Of a stretch of 64,000 nt of DNA, positions 28,100-42,699 are shown in pieces. Origin of the DNA: Eledone cirrhosa (lineage: Eukaryota); contig CAXHJY010000651.1 in the NCBI GenBank assembly GCA_964016885.1, positions 4,993 through 68,992 of the forward strand, given 5' to 3'. Under the pieces are notes generated by a model, which was not told the origin of the DNA, made no database searches, and saw nothing but the letters and a program-made list of their open reading frames with translations. The translations under genes were made by a program, and so were the position numbers. The first letter of the stretch is position 1; every line of letters begins with the position of its first letter.

Positions 28100-28385
28100 A
28101 CAGGGTGGATAGAAGGAAACTCCCTATTTATAATTGTTAATAGCTATATTGATTTTCATAAAACATGTTTTAATTTGTACAATGTAATGCTACAGTATAA
28201 TTGTTTCTACTTTAGGCACAAGGCCAGCAATTACCAGTGCATTACTGGTACTTTATTTTATCGACCCCGTAAGGATGAAAGGCTATAATGATAGTATAGT
28301 ATAGTGTTAAAATTCAACATAGACACTGGCGTTGTCCGCGAGTGTTTGTAATCGTCTGGGTATATCCTCGACTGACTTCATCAGA
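28100..28385 (-). mobile_element. Tc1/mariner transposase C-terminus and terminus, interrupted by a partial SINE A (28197-28283)
   Basis: Minus KSVEDIPRRLQTLADNASVYVEF*; terminus cagggtgg next to TA repeats. Confidence 0.55.
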
Positions 28386-28477
28386 ACTCAGACAGAATGT
28401 TGTGAACCGAAACATTCGGAAAAATTGTTAGTGAACCGGATTGTGTGTGATGAGAGGCGTTCGTGAACCGGTTCTCC

Positions 28478-28531
<54 letters not shown>

Positions 28532-28537
<6 letters not shown>

Positions 28538-28753
28538 GGTCGGCTGAAAGGTTCATGGGCTGACAATGAATGAAAAATCGGCGCTAGAGCTGTGAAATCT
28601 TGCATGCATTAATTTCAACTCTTCTTATCAATAACTGCATTGTCCCTTTCCCAATATCTATGTTGAAAAATAAACCTCATTTGGTAATTCCATGAAAGTA
28701 TCTTGGTCAGCCAATAATCTTTTCATTCTAAGAACTTTTCTGCCGATCCTCAT
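28532..28753. mobile_element. Mariner-type MITE
   Basis: TIRs tatgagggtcggctgaaaggttc / gaacttttctgccgatcctcata, TA flanks; partial second copy at 37005-37153. Confidence 0.7.
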
Positions 28754-29225
28754 ATATGCAGGGGTAGGGGGGGGGGGGGGGGGGAGCATTTCCGAATTAA
28801 GAGGGGGGCGGCAAATTTGGACAATTTAGTTGTAAGGATTAGTTTAGCTCTTTGCACTCTAAAATGGTCAGAAAACTTAAGCGCATATACGAATAGATGT
28901 GTGTGTTTTGGTAGTTTGGGGAGAAAATATAATTATTGGAGTGGGGGCATGTCTCCCCACCAGTTCCACCGCCACTGTATATATATAATTAAAAAAGAAT
29001 TATGCTCTGTGTCCTTCTAGGGGCTTAATATATCTAGGTTCTCGCATTTGGTAAGAATCTGGTATTATACCCAATTTATTCATCTCCTATATATATATAT
29101 ATATACATATATATATTTATATATATATATACATACATATATATACATATATATATATATACATTGATATATATATACATATATATATATACATATATAT
29201 ACATATATATATATACATATATATA

Positions 29226-29325
29226 TATAAATTGAGGTGAAAAATTGCAGGTGCGTGTGTTTTTATTGCCAACATGACCCTCCCAAAGTATAACAATCTA
29301 TCTATCTATCTATCTAATCGATCGA

Positions 29326-29408
<83 letters not shown>

Positions 29409-29537
29409 ATATATATATATAGATCGATCGATCGATAGATAGATAGATAAATAGATAGATAGATAGATAGTTATACTTTTGGAGGGTCATGTTGGCAATA
29501 AAAACACACGCACCTGCAATTTTTCACCTCAATTTAT
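29226..29537. repeat. Inverted repeat centred on a (TA)n tract
   Basis: ~70-bp unique arms plus mirrored (TCTA)/(GATA) runs around (TA)n. Confidence 0.85.
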
Positions 29538-29654
29538 TATAAATTTCCGATTAGTTGGTTGGTTGGTTCGATAACCGGATGGCAGCATGACCCCCCTCCC
29601 TCCAAAGTATAATAATATCTGTCATATAAGAAATCTTTGTTCCAAATTCAAAAA

Positions 29655-29697
<43 letters not shown>

Positions 29698-29700
<3 letters not shown>

Positions 29701-29894
29701 CAAAGGAAATGTGGTAAGGAACCAGATGGACCATAACGCACCCAAAGTACTCAATACTTAGGGTAGTAGAGTGGGTAATAGGAACGAGTAGGACCCCGAC
29801 GGCTGAGCACAAGCCGTTTCGACGCCTAATTCTGGACAGTCCAGAATTAGCCGTCGAAACGGCCTGAGCTCAGCCGTCGATGTCCTATTCGTTC

Positions 29895-29897
<3 letters not shown>
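29698..29897. mobile_element. Hairpin element family H
   Basis: Apex aattctggacagtccagaatt. Confidence 0.85.
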
Positions 29898-29928
<31 letters not shown>

Positions 29929-30131
29929 CTTCACCACAGTTAAAACCATCACAATAACATACAAAGACTACGAGAAAAGCTAACAAGTGTCAATGGAAAG
30001 GAAAAATAGAGACCAGGTATTATTACATATGATATTAGTTCATGAATAATGTATAGCTTTTGCTTAGGATAGGTATTTTGTGTGTTAAGTATTCTGTGGT
30101 GTATGTATGTAGGGTGGGGTATATATGTATG

Positions 30132-30164
<33 letters not shown>

Positions 30165-30260
30165 GTGTATGTGTGAATGAAGATGCGTATATATATATAT
30201 ATACGTATATATATATATATACATATATATGTGCATATATATACATATATATATATATGT

Positions 30261-30315
<55 letters not shown>

Positions 30316-30358
30316 GTAATAATAATATTATTTGCTTAAACTTTAATCTGTTATTTTA

Positions 30359-30437
<79 letters not shown>

Positions 30438-30889
30438 TATTATTACTTTATAACTCTAAGAAGATATTCACCTCTCGATGAAGGAATTTTATTATTGGTT
30501 ATTCCAATGTCTTGGAATTCCTAATGTTGTATCTTGAGTTCCAGAAAGCATGGTCTGAGTATTATATAACTTAAAACCAACTTTTTTTAGTCGATTTGAA
30601 CCGTGTGGCACGTTGTGGTTTTGAACAAAACATTTTATTTCACGTTGCTTTTCGTGATAAGACTCGGATTCTCTGTAAATAAAACATCCGAGAATCCTCC
30701 GAGTATGAGGTTAGCTAGGCAAGTAAATGTTAAAACTGCACATTTCTATTTCTTTATTCTAACACACTAACCACTGGATCACATATCTATTAATTTATAT
30801 ATGTGTGTTGAACAGGCTTACTCATATTCCGTTGATCTAACAGATATGCCCGTTAAATATTTTGGGCTAAGAACCATTTGAGGAATTTG

Positions 30890-31345
30890 GATTCTGCTGC
30901 GCCAGCTTCACCATTCAGTAATCGGAAGGGAGTTAAGTGTAAAAGCCAAACATGCTAACTTCAATTCCGTATTCGTGCCATCCCTTACTTATGGTCATGA
31001 ATATTTGGTAATGACCGAAAGAATACGAGCGCAAATACAAACGGCCGAAATGGGATTCCTCCGAAGGTTCTTTGGATAACATTATTCGATAAAATGCTTA
31101 GCTCGGAGATCAGAGATCACTCCAAGTAGAGGCGCTACGTCTCCGAATGGAGAGATCATAGCTCCGATACTACAGCTATGTGGTTAGAATGTCTTCTCAG
31201 CAAAGAATAGAATTGTTCGACATATTTTACGGGCAAAAGGATACCCAGGGGTAGACTCCGAGTAAGATGTTTGGATAACATTTATGAGCTTGGCTGGTCA
31301 CACTTGGGGATCGAGGCAGATCAGTTGGAGACGATTCCTTTCAGC
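30890..31345 (+). mobile_element. RTE-clade (Rex3/Expander-like) LINE remnant
   Basis: LRQLHHSVIGRELSVKAKHANFNSVFVPSLTYGHEYLVMTERIRAQIQTAEMGFLRR; same family as 42700. Confidence 0.85.
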
Positions 31346-31472
31346 ACCCGCTGGAAGGAATAGGTGGGCGAAGAAGAATTCTACTGTCCAATGACAGCCT
31401 ATTGCATATTGGCACATATAGATATTAGACCACGGCTTCTTATTTTCATATCGTTTGTATTTTCATCAATGT

Positions 31473-31559
<87 letters not shown>

Positions 31560-31677
31560 TGTGCACGTGTATGTTTATATTTGTGTGTCTGGGTGCGTGT
31601 ATATACTAGATATGTGTATACAAATATATTTAAGTAAATATAGATACATGCATATATATGTATAAAAATGTACACAT

Positions 31678-31714
<37 letters not shown>

Positions 31715-31715
31715 C

Positions 31716-31768
<53 letters not shown>

Positions 31769-31794
31769 CATATATAAATATATAATTATACATA

Positions 31795-31828
<34 letters not shown>

Positions 31829-31843
31829 TATATACACACACAC

Positions 31844-31875
<32 letters not shown>

Positions 31876-32232
31876 GCATATATATATATATATAGACATA
31901 TATATATATCTTTCCAAAAGCAGGACATGTCAGCTATTTTTAATTTCCCTAACTCCCCCTCCTGTCCTACACCACTTCTTCATCCTTCTCTGTTTACTTC
32001 TCCCTTCCTTTATGTCGTGTAGGCCCACTCAGCGCCCCCTTCTCCCCTTCACAAACACACAATCAATATCTAAACTCGTAAACACAATGCTATTAAATAT
32101 GGCAATCGATAAACATTTGATATATTGTCTAGATTCGAAGTGGTATTGGAGTGGGTAGGTAAAGGCATTGATGGCGACGGCAGAGGTGGGAGATATGAAA
32201 TAGCTTTTACATACATATATATAATATTATAT

Positions 32233-32295
<63 letters not shown>

Positions 32296-32298
32296 TAT

Positions 32299-32352
<54 letters not shown>

Positions 32353-32432
32353 GTGTGTGTACGCATCTACATATGTAACTAATGTGTTTGCATATATTTC
32401 TATTTCTCCAAAATAGTCATATATATATATGC

Positions 32433-32464
<32 letters not shown>

Positions 32465-32508
32465 ATGTATGTATATTTATATACAGATAGATAAAGAGAG
32501 AGAGCGGA

Positions 32509-32623
<115 letters not shown>

Positions 32624-32837
32624 TTCATATATGTATTCATGTATGTATGAATTAGTTCTGTTTGAAAAGAGAAGCATTTCAGATGTTACCCAGCAATAGG
32701 CAGGAAGTACTTTCTAATTTGGACTTTGCTTACATACGACACACGCCACCACCACCACCACCTCCACCTCTCACCCCTTCTCTTTCTCTCACTCATTCTC
32801 CCCTCTCTCTTTATCTCTCTCTTTCTCTCTCTGTATA

Positions 32838-32872
<35 letters not shown>

Positions 32873-32991
32873 TTTCATTACAATTGTTTCTTCACTGCTT
32901 GACTCTTACTCCATCTCTCTCAATATCTCCCTTTCTGTCTTTGTCACACACACTCTATCTCTTTATACATATATATATATATTATATATAT

Positions 32992-33080
<89 letters not shown>

Positions 33081-33092
33081 TATATAATATTT

Positions 33093-33173
<81 letters not shown>

Positions 33174-33489
33174 TATATAATATTATATATATATATACAT
33201 ATATATATATATGCATATATGTATATATATATATACACACATATATATACATATATGAATTTTTCTGTCTATCTCACTGACTCTCTTTCTCTTTCTCTAT
33301 CTCTTTTCCTCTTCTTACTCTCTTTCTTTTCCTTCCTCCACTTCCCTCCTCTCTTCCTCTCTGCCATCAAGAGATTCCTCCACTACACATTATAATATCA
33401 ATCCATTTTAAAAACTATAATAATGCTTATATTATTGTGCCTCCTACAATAGAATGTATATTTATTTATTCTCTCCCTTTCCCTCCCTT

Positions 33490-33529
<40 letters not shown>

Positions 33530-33556
33530 TATACATGTATAAATGTATATATATAG

Positions 33557-33588
<32 letters not shown>

Positions 33589-33591
33589 GTA

Positions 33592-33682
<91 letters not shown>

Positions 33683-33733
33683 ATGTAAAAGGTAAACAGA
33701 AATAACAACACAATCGGTACAGTATATGGAAGG

Positions 33734-33764
<31 letters not shown>

Positions 33765-33794
33765 TCACACACACACAGACACACATATATATAC

Positions 33795-33860
<66 letters not shown>

Positions 33861-33894
33861 TCACACACACACTCACTCACACACATATATACAC

Positions 33895-33969
<75 letters not shown>

Positions 33970-34084
33970 TATATATATATATATGTAAACGTAGATACTT
34001 ACATACATAGATCCACAGACATACGTATATGTATCATGTGTGTTTATGAGTGATGTGTATGTCTGTATGTGTGCGTGTGTATGC

Positions 34085-34178
<94 letters not shown>

Positions 34179-34580
34179 ATGTGTGTGTGTATGTCTGTAT
34201 GTATGCATGAGTGTGGTGTGTCAATGACTTCTTTTACATTTGAACTTGTATGTATAGAGTGTTACTCACTTCTAATTTACTACAACACATCAGTCTATTC
34301 AGACGGCTTTACATGCATGTGTAAAACATTAAATGGCTGTGTATATATTCTTGACATGTGACCATGGCGCTTTCAATCTCTTCCTTCCTACCTACTTCTC
34401 TTTCCACCTTTCTTTTTTCTTTCTTTGTTTCTGTCTGTCTTTCTTTCTTTCTTTCCTTCTCACTTTTCTTTTTGTTCTTTGATTTTTGTTGTTTTAAACA
34501 CATATACAGCGTTAAATAAATATTAATTCTATTTCTCTATTGAATCAACTAGATTGTTTCCAATACAGGTAGATGTGTTA

Positions 34581-34822
<242 letters not shown>

Positions 34823-34968
34823 TATTAAAGTGTTAAACAATATGCAATGAGTATGTCAAAGAATGAGTTTTACCGTAGATTGGAAGCACTCTACGAATAT
34901 ATAATTTTCCGGAGTTATTAATATTAAAATATAAATATTAATAAAATAGATGTTCTTTTGATCAATTA

Positions 34969-35023
34969 TATTTTATTATATATATTTCAGATGTACAACA
35001 GTACGTCCTCATCAGACAAAATA
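34969..35023 (-). ncRNA. Minimal type I hammerhead ribozyme (left arm of inverted pair)
   Basis: Minus: tattttgt-CTGATGA-ggac-gtac-tgtt-gtac-atct-GAAAT-atat-ATA-ataaaata. Confidence 0.7.
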
Positions 35024-35058
35024 TAATGATATATGACATACCCTGAGATGTTAAATGG

Positions 35059-35105
35059 TTGTCTGATGATGATGTACTGTTGTACATCAGAAATATGTAT
35101 AATAA
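35059..35105 (+). ncRNA. Minimal type I hammerhead ribozyme (right arm of inverted pair)
   Basis: ttgt-CTGATGA-tgatgtac-tgtt-gtacatca-GAAAT-atgt-ATA-ataa; 8-bp stem II. Confidence 0.75.
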
Positions 35106-35148
35106 AATGTAATTGATCAAAAGAACATCTATTTTATTAATATTTATA

Positions 35149-35207
<59 letters not shown>

Positions 35208-35711
35208 GTGTGTGTATGTGTGAGTGAGTGTATATGTATGTGTGTATATATATATATATATATGCGTGTGGGTTTCTATGTGAGTTTGAGTGTATTTGTG
35301 TGTGTGTTTGTATGTGTGCTTCTGTGTATTTGTGTGTTTTTGTATGTGTGGGTGTGGGTGTGTGTGTGTGTGTGTATGTGAGTGTGCGTGTGTTTGTGTG
35401 TGTGTGTGTGTCTATTTGTATCTGAAGAACAGGTTTTCTGCTAAACATATATTATCAAAACATAACTGCTCTCATGAGTTCTATATTTTCCTTTCCATTA
35501 AAGTTATTGTTTTGGTCTGTTTTTTTTTTTTAATCATTTTCTTATTACTTATTCCGGACTTTTGTCTGGAAGCATAAAGTCCCTTCCTTGATCCGCCGAC
35601 AATAAGCGAAATTTTGAAAACCTCTATTAACTACTACTGAACACCACCTCTTAGAGGCCCGTCACTTTGGTTCTTATGAGGACGAGAACGCATTCATTAA
35701 ATCTAACATCA

Positions 35712-36663
35712 TGGCAGTATCGGTAGAGGGTCGGACGCCATGCTTTCTAGCATGGAGTTAAACCCCTTTACGGTCTGAGTTCAAATCCCGCCGAGTTTAA
35801 CTTTGCCTTTCATTCTTACGGGGTCAATAAAATAAAGCACCAGTAATGTACTGGGGTAATTGCTGGCCTTGTGCCAGAAATAGAAACAATTATCAAACAG
35901 GTGTTCTACTGAGCAAGAATATTTCACTTCTACTTTTTATTCTCTCGTTAAAATCATTACACCTGTTCCCAAAATATGTTTATAAAATCGATACCTTCAA
36001 TCCGGAAACATGTTTCACCTTTATTTTTATTATTATTGTGGATTGGCAGAATCGGTAGTGCGTCAGACGTCATGCTTTGCAGCATAGAGTTACGGCTCTT
36101 TATGATCTGAGTTCAAATCCCGCCGAGGTTCACTTTGACTTTAATTCTTACGGGGTCGATAAAATAATTTACCAGTCACGCTCTGGGGTCAATTTAATCG
36201 ACTTTCCCCTCCCCCAAAATTGCTGTCCTTGTGCCTATTTAAGAAACCATTATTGTGGATTGGCAGTATCGGTAGAGGGTTGGAAGCCATGCTTAGCAGC
36301 ATAGAGTTACGACCCTTTATGATCTGAGTTCTAATCCCGTCGAGGTTAACTTTACCTTTTATCCTTATGGAGTCGATAAATTAAAGCACCAGTAATGCAC
36401 TGGGGTAATTGCTGGCCTTGTGCCAAAAGTAGAAACAATATTTAAATTATCTAGGGTGATGGGGGGATTTGCAAAATTGGTAGAGCGTCGGATAAAATGC
36501 CCTTACGATATTTGTTCAGGTTCTTTTCGTTCTGTGTTGAAATCCCATTAAAGTTAATTTTTCTCATCATCTCCCGTGATCGAGAAACTAATGTATCAGT
36601 AAAGACTTTCCCTTAATACAGACACAAAATTGCTGACTTTGTGCCTATATTAGAAACAATTAT
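35712..36663 (+). mobile_element. Cluster of four same-strand SINE A copies (35712-35892, 36037-36252, 36255-36438, ~36455-36663)
   Basis: Repeated consensus matches; the last copy is diverged. Confidence 0.85.
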
Positions 36664-37161
36664 TTTTATAGTATTCATTTATTGGATGTGCAGGATTTGA
36701 GATTGTATGAGTCAAATATTGACCATACGAACAAGTAATTTAATCTTATCAGCCAATCTTCATGGACATTGGAAAGAAACTTGATGTATTTGTATGATAG
36801 AAAGAAAACAAGAAAGAAATGTTTCTTGCTGACTCACCAAAAACTAAACTTTCTTTTATTCTTTTACTGGATTCAGCCATTAGATGACTGCCCTGCATGA
36901 GTATCACCACGAATTGACCGATTATATCGACCCCAATACATTGATTGATCACTTTTTCGTCTGAACATTAAGTGTACGGGACATAAATGAAAGAGTAATG
37001 TTAGAGCTGAGAAATCTTGCATGCATTTTTTTCAATTCTTATTATTAATAACTGCATTGTTTCTTTCCAGGGACTATGTTGAAAAATAAATCTCATTTGG
37101 TCATTCCATGATTGTATCTTGGTCAACCTATGAACTTTTCAACCTATCCTCATATATATAC

Positions 37162-37232
<71 letters not shown>

Positions 37233-37236
<4 letters not shown>

Positions 37237-37441
37237 AACCAGTACGACCCCGACAGCTGAGCTCAAGCCGTTTCGACGGCTAATTCAGTTAGATTCCAGA
37301 TCATTCATGAGAATTAGCCGTCGAAACGGCTTGAGCTCAGCTGTCGGGGTCTTACTGGTTCTTATTACCCACTCTACTACCTCAAGTATTGAGTACTTTG
37401 GTGCGTTATGGTCCACCTGGTTCCTTACCACATTTCCTTCG

Positions 37442-37445
<4 letters not shown>
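37233..37445. mobile_element. Hairpin element family H (opposite orientation)
   Basis: TA-flanked, longer apex. Confidence 0.85.
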
Positions 37446-37492
<47 letters not shown>

Positions 37493-37498
<6 letters not shown>

Positions 37499-38351
37499 TG
37501 CATACCTATGCTAGCAAATATATAGGTTTTGTCTTAGTAACTTTGTGGTTCAATGCAAGGGGATGCAGAACAATTATATGAAAGACGTAAAATAAGAAAA
37601 TTATAAAAATTAACTGACTAAAATTTCACTCCAACTAATTAGTTTCTGAAAGGGAATAAACATGGTTTTCCGAATGGAACATGGAGAATACCTTTCGTCA
37701 TCAGGAAGTCAATTCTCAGATAAGTTCCCAGGCGATGCGTGGACACAGGGAACTTATACAAAACCTATATATTTGCTAGCATAGGTATGCATCTGTATAT
37801 ATATGTTGGTAGATATACTAATTCTTTATAATTACCTCCAAATTATTTTGTTGAGCAAAAATTTGCCAAAACTACTACTATAGTTCATAGTAATAGTCCG
37901 GCTACTGTCTTCTTAACACCCCACTCCTCACTGATTAACCTCGATGTCACGTGATTGATTCTTTTGAATTTGCCACCGACCAAGTAGGGAGTGATTTTTT
38001 CAATGTCTTGGAATTTAGTCCTCGCTTGCTTTTTTCCATCCACTGAATTATTTTTGTATAAGTTCCCTGTGTCCACGCATCGCCTGGGAACTTAGCTGAG
38101 AATTGACTTCCTGATGACGAAAGGTATTCTCCATGTTCCATTCGGAAATCATGTTTATTCCCTTTTAGAAACTAATTAGTTGGAGTGAAATTTTAGTAAG
38201 TAAGTTTATTTTCATAATTTTCTTATTTTACGTCTTTCATATTATTGTTCTGCATCCCCTTGCATTGAACCACAAAGTTACTAAGACAAAACCTATATAT
38301 TTGCTAGCATAGGTATGCATCTGTATATATATGTTGGTAGATATACTAATT

Positions 38352-38358
<7 letters not shown>
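37493..38358 (+). mobile_element. PLE-like element with ~270-bp inverted arms, a ~65-bp direct repeat and two hammerhead-like motifs
   Basis: 37493-37763 inverted at ~38053-38326; 37760-37829 repeated at 38288-38358; acttc-CTGATGA..GAAAC-taatta-GTT-ggagt at 38106-38186(+) and 37628-37709(-). Confidence 0.75.
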
Positions 38359-38394
<36 letters not shown>

Positions 38395-38408
38395 CACACA
38401 CACATTAC

Positions 38409-38439
<31 letters not shown>

Positions 38440-38482
38440 CATACATACATACATATACATACATACACACACACACACACAT

Positions 38483-38513
<31 letters not shown>

Positions 38514-38527
38514 CAAATGTATGTATG

Positions 38528-38559
<32 letters not shown>

Positions 38560-38635
38560 TATATATATACATATATAAATAAATATATATATATATACAT
38601 ACGTATACACACACGCGCGCACACATACACACACG

Positions 38636-38794
<159 letters not shown>

Positions 38795-40019
38795 CGGTAC
38801 ATGCACACTATATACACATGCCACCTAATAAATAATAGTAAACTAGATGAAACAGCCTCTCTTAATGAAAGCTTTCAGTCAAAACCTGTTTATCGATGAA
38901 AAGCTGTCATTAAATCGGAAAATATGTCGAGTTGAGATTTAAAAGCTAAGAAACAATGGTTGTATTTATTTGTCAAGCTATCTGTTACAGACTTTTAAGA
39001 AAAGCTTTGCCAAAGTCAACCCCGTTATTATTGTAAGAAGGAGTTGTAAAGATGGTGGCATGCAAGAAGCTTAAGAGAGTTTTAACGAAAAGCTGATTAG
39101 AATCTTTGATTAACTAGAATTAAATTCTTCCATTGCTTGTAATTATTCCCGGTGCATTCTTGAATTATTGACTGTTATTTCGTCTGTTTCTTAGCCATTC
39201 AGGGTGAATGGGCGGGAAGTGATTAAACTGGGATCGGAGCAGGTGGAGAATGATCTGGAATCTAACTGAATATGTCAGTGGTAATGCTAGTGTTGTTGTT
39301 GTTGCTAGTGGTTGTGGTGGTGGTGGTGACTGTGGTTGTGTGTGGGGTGGTGGTGGTGGTGGGGGGGGGGGGGGTGACTGGGGGGGGGCTGTGGTTGTGT
39401 GTGGGGTGGTGATGATGATGTGGATATTCTTGGCGTTGATGGTAGTACTTGTGGTACTGCTGGTGTTCATCGTGGTGAAGGTGGTGGTGGTGGTGGCGGT
39501 GGCGTTGTTGTTGTTGTCGTTGTTGGTGGTGGTGGTGGTGGTGGAGGTGGTGGCGTTGTTGTTGTTGTTGGTGGTGGTGGTGGCGTTGTTGTTGTTGTTG
39601 TTGCTGGTGGTGTTGGTGATTATAGTGTATGGTCTGTTGTCGGTGGTTGTCTGGTCTTGGTGTTGGTATTGGGTCTATTGTTGGTGTTATTGTTGGTGCT
39701 GTTGTAGGTGTTGGTTAGTGTAGTGTGTGGTCTGTTGTTGGTGGTGGTGTTGGTGTTGGTGCTGGTGTTGGTAGTGGTGGTGTTGGTGTTGGTGCTAGTG
39801 TTGGTAGTGGTGTTGTTGGTGTTGGTGCTGTTGTAGGTGTTGGTTATTGTAGTGTATGGTCTGTTGTTGGTGGTGGTGTTGGTGTTAGTGCTGGTGTTGG
39901 TAGTGGTGTTGTTGGTGTTGGTGTTGGTGCTAGTTTTGGTAGTGGTGTTGTTGGTGTTGTTGCTGGTGTTGTTGGTGTTGGTGTTGTTAATTGTAGTGTA
40001 TGGTGTGTTGTTGGTGTTG

Positions 40020-40710
40020 GTGTTGTTGATTGTAGTGTATGGTGTGTTGTCGGTGGTGGTGCTGGTGTTGTTGGTGTTGGTGTTGTTGATTGTAGTGTAT
40101 GGTCTGTTGTCGGTGGTGGTGCTGGTGTTGTTGGTGTTGTTGATTGTAGTGTATGGTCTGTTGTCGGTGGTGGTGCCATTGTTGTTGGTGTTGGTGTTGT
40201 TAATTGTAGTGTATGGTGTGTTGTCGGTGGTGGTGCTGGTGTTGTTGGTGTTGGTGTTGTTGATTGTAGTGTATGGTGTGTTGTCGGTGGTGGTGCCATT
40301 GTTGTTGGTGTTGGTGTTGTTAATTGTAGTGTATGGTCTGTTGTCGGTGGTGGTGCTGGTGTTGTTGGTGTTGGTGTTGTTGATTGTAGTGTATGGTCTG
40401 TTGTCGGTGGTGGTGCTGGTGTTGTTAGTGTTGGTGTTGTTGATTGTAGTGTATGGTCTGTTGTCGGTGGTGGTGCCATTGTTGTTGGTGTTGGTGTTGT
40501 TAATTGTAGTGTATGGTGTGTTGTCGGTGGTGGTGCTGGTGTTGTTGGTGTTGGTGTTGTTGATTGTAGTGTATGGTGTGTTGTCGGTGGTGGTGCCATT
40601 GTTGTTGGTGTTGGTGTTGTTAATTGTAGTGTATGGTGTGTTGTCGGTGGTGGTGCTGGTGTTGTTGGTGTTGGTGTTGTTGATTGTAGTGTATGGTCTG
40701 TTGTCGGTGA
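40020..40710. repeat. 60-bp GT-rich minisatellite
   Basis: About 11 copies of tgattgtagtgtatggtctgttgtcggtggtggtgctggtgttgttggtgttggtgttgt. Confidence 0.9.
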
Positions 40711-40904
40711 CAGTGGTAATGGAAAAGGAAAAGCTAAAAGACCATTCTCATTAATCGCAGAGTTTCCAGTATTAAGTAGTAGTAATTGGAAACGAATTTA
40801 GAAATAAGCCGTTAGCATTCATTATCTTCTTGTTTTTCACTTTTCTCTTTGCCGTATGGCTTATTACTTGAGTTTATTACCATTGTTCTTCGTCTTCTTA
40901 TTAA

Positions 40905-40959
<55 letters not shown>

Positions 40960-40980
40960 GTTATTATTGTTATTATTATT

Positions 40981-41122
40981 GGTGGATTGGCAGTATCGGT
41001 AGAGGGTCGGATGCCATGCTTTGATGTATAGAGTTTGCCTTACATCCTAACGGGGTCGATAAAATAAAGTACCAGTAATGTACTGGGTAATTGCTGGCCT
41101 TGTGCCAAACGTAGAAACAATT
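40981..41122 (+). mobile_element. SINE family A, internally deleted
   Basis: Head and tail match; B-box region missing. Confidence 0.8.
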
Positions 41123-41159
41123 ATTATTATTATTACTATTATTATTATTATTATTATTA

Positions 41160-41162
41160 TTT

Positions 41163-41214
<52 letters not shown>

Positions 41215-41385
41215 GAGGAGGAGGAGGAGGAGGAGGAGGAGGAGAAGGAGGAGGAGGAGAAGGGGGAGGAGGAGGAGGAGGAGGAGGAGCAGCAGCAGCA
41301 GCAGAGCAGCAGCAGTAGTAGTATCATCGTCATCATCAACCACATCATCATCAAATATTTTTATCATTGTTATTGTTGCTGATGA

Positions 41386-41440
<55 letters not shown>

Positions 41441-42345
41441 GATAGTGTTGTTATATCACTTATTAATTCTGTTGATGTTGTTGTTACCACAGTCGCCGTC
41501 ACCGTTGTTGTCGTTGTTTTGGCCGGTGGCGATGGTGGCACCGTGGTATTGATTATATTTTCGGTGGTGATGGTGGTGGTGGTGGTGCTGGTGGTGGTGG
41601 TGAGAGTGTTGGTGGTGGTGGTGAGAGTGATGGTGGTGGTGGTGAGAGTGATAGTGGTGGTGGTGAGAGTGTTGGTGGTGGTGGTGAGAGTGATGGTGGT
41701 GGTGGTGGTGGTGAGGGGGATGGTGGTAGAGGTGATGGTGGTGGTGGTGGTAGTTGGGTGAGAGTAATGTTGTTGGTGCCGGTGCTTGTGCTGGTGCTGG
41801 TGGTTGGGTGAGGGTGATGGTGGTGGTGTTGGTGGTGGTTTTGGTGGTGGTTGTGGTGGTGGTGGTGCTGGTGCTGGTGCTGGTGCTGGTGCTGGTGATT
41901 GGGTGAGGGTGGTGGTGGTGGTGGTGGGGGTGGTTTTGGTGGTGGTTGTGGTGGTGTTGGTGCTGGTGCTGGTGCTGGTGCTGGTGCTGGTGCTGGTGAT
42001 TGGGTGAGGGTGGTGGTGTTGGTGGTGGTTTTGGTGGTGGTTGTGGTGGTGTTGGTGCTGGTGCTGGTGCTGGTGCTGGTGCTGGTGCTGGTGATTGGGT
42101 GAGGGTGGTGGTGGTGGTGTTGGTGGTGGTTTTGGTGGTGGTTGTGGTGGTGTTGGTGCTGGTGCTGGTGGTTGGGTGAGGGTGGTGGTGGTGGTGGTGG
42201 TGGTGTTGGAGGGGGGGGTGATTATGTTTTCGTCAATGTCGGCATCGAGAATGAAGATGGTTTTGACACGGTGGTGGTGTTGGTGATACTGGTGATAATG
42301 CTGCTGATGCTGCTGCTGTTGTTGTTGTTGTTGTTGTTGTTGTTG
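41160..42345. repeat. Serial trinucleotide and GGT-rich repeats
   Basis: (AGT)n, (AGG)n, (TGT)n, (GGT)n, (GGTGCT)n blocks. Confidence 0.85.
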
Positions 42346-42699
42346 GTTGCCGCCATTGTTAACGACGATGAGGATTGAAGTATTAACCGACATACAACTT
42401 AATAATGCGCAATGATTCACCTTAAACACAACACCAATCCACCGCATTTCATTCTGATGAATGACGTTAGAGACTACACATACGTATCTATACTAGGTGT
42501 ATAAACATATAGGCTAAACACAAACTGACACATAAAGAAGATGCACACCAACCCACATATATATTCACACACAAACACACATACAGAGAGACAGAGAATC
42601 CATTGTGGCAGGTTCTGCTGAAGTATAGTATCCATGTGAAGCTTCCTTTTGCCTTGAAGTCTCTATATCTAGTACAGGTGTTCGGGTAAATGGTACTAA

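Noticed and set aside
30470-30560. TCGATGA..GAAA-gcatg-GTC hammerhead-like motif
   Set aside because: Core first box and stem I do not fit; possibly a decayed copy.
39250-42447. Long ORFs of 250-466 aa (Val/Gly or Thr/Pro rich)
   Set aside because: Translations of the 60-bp minisatellite and trinucleotide runs; one runs into a SINE.
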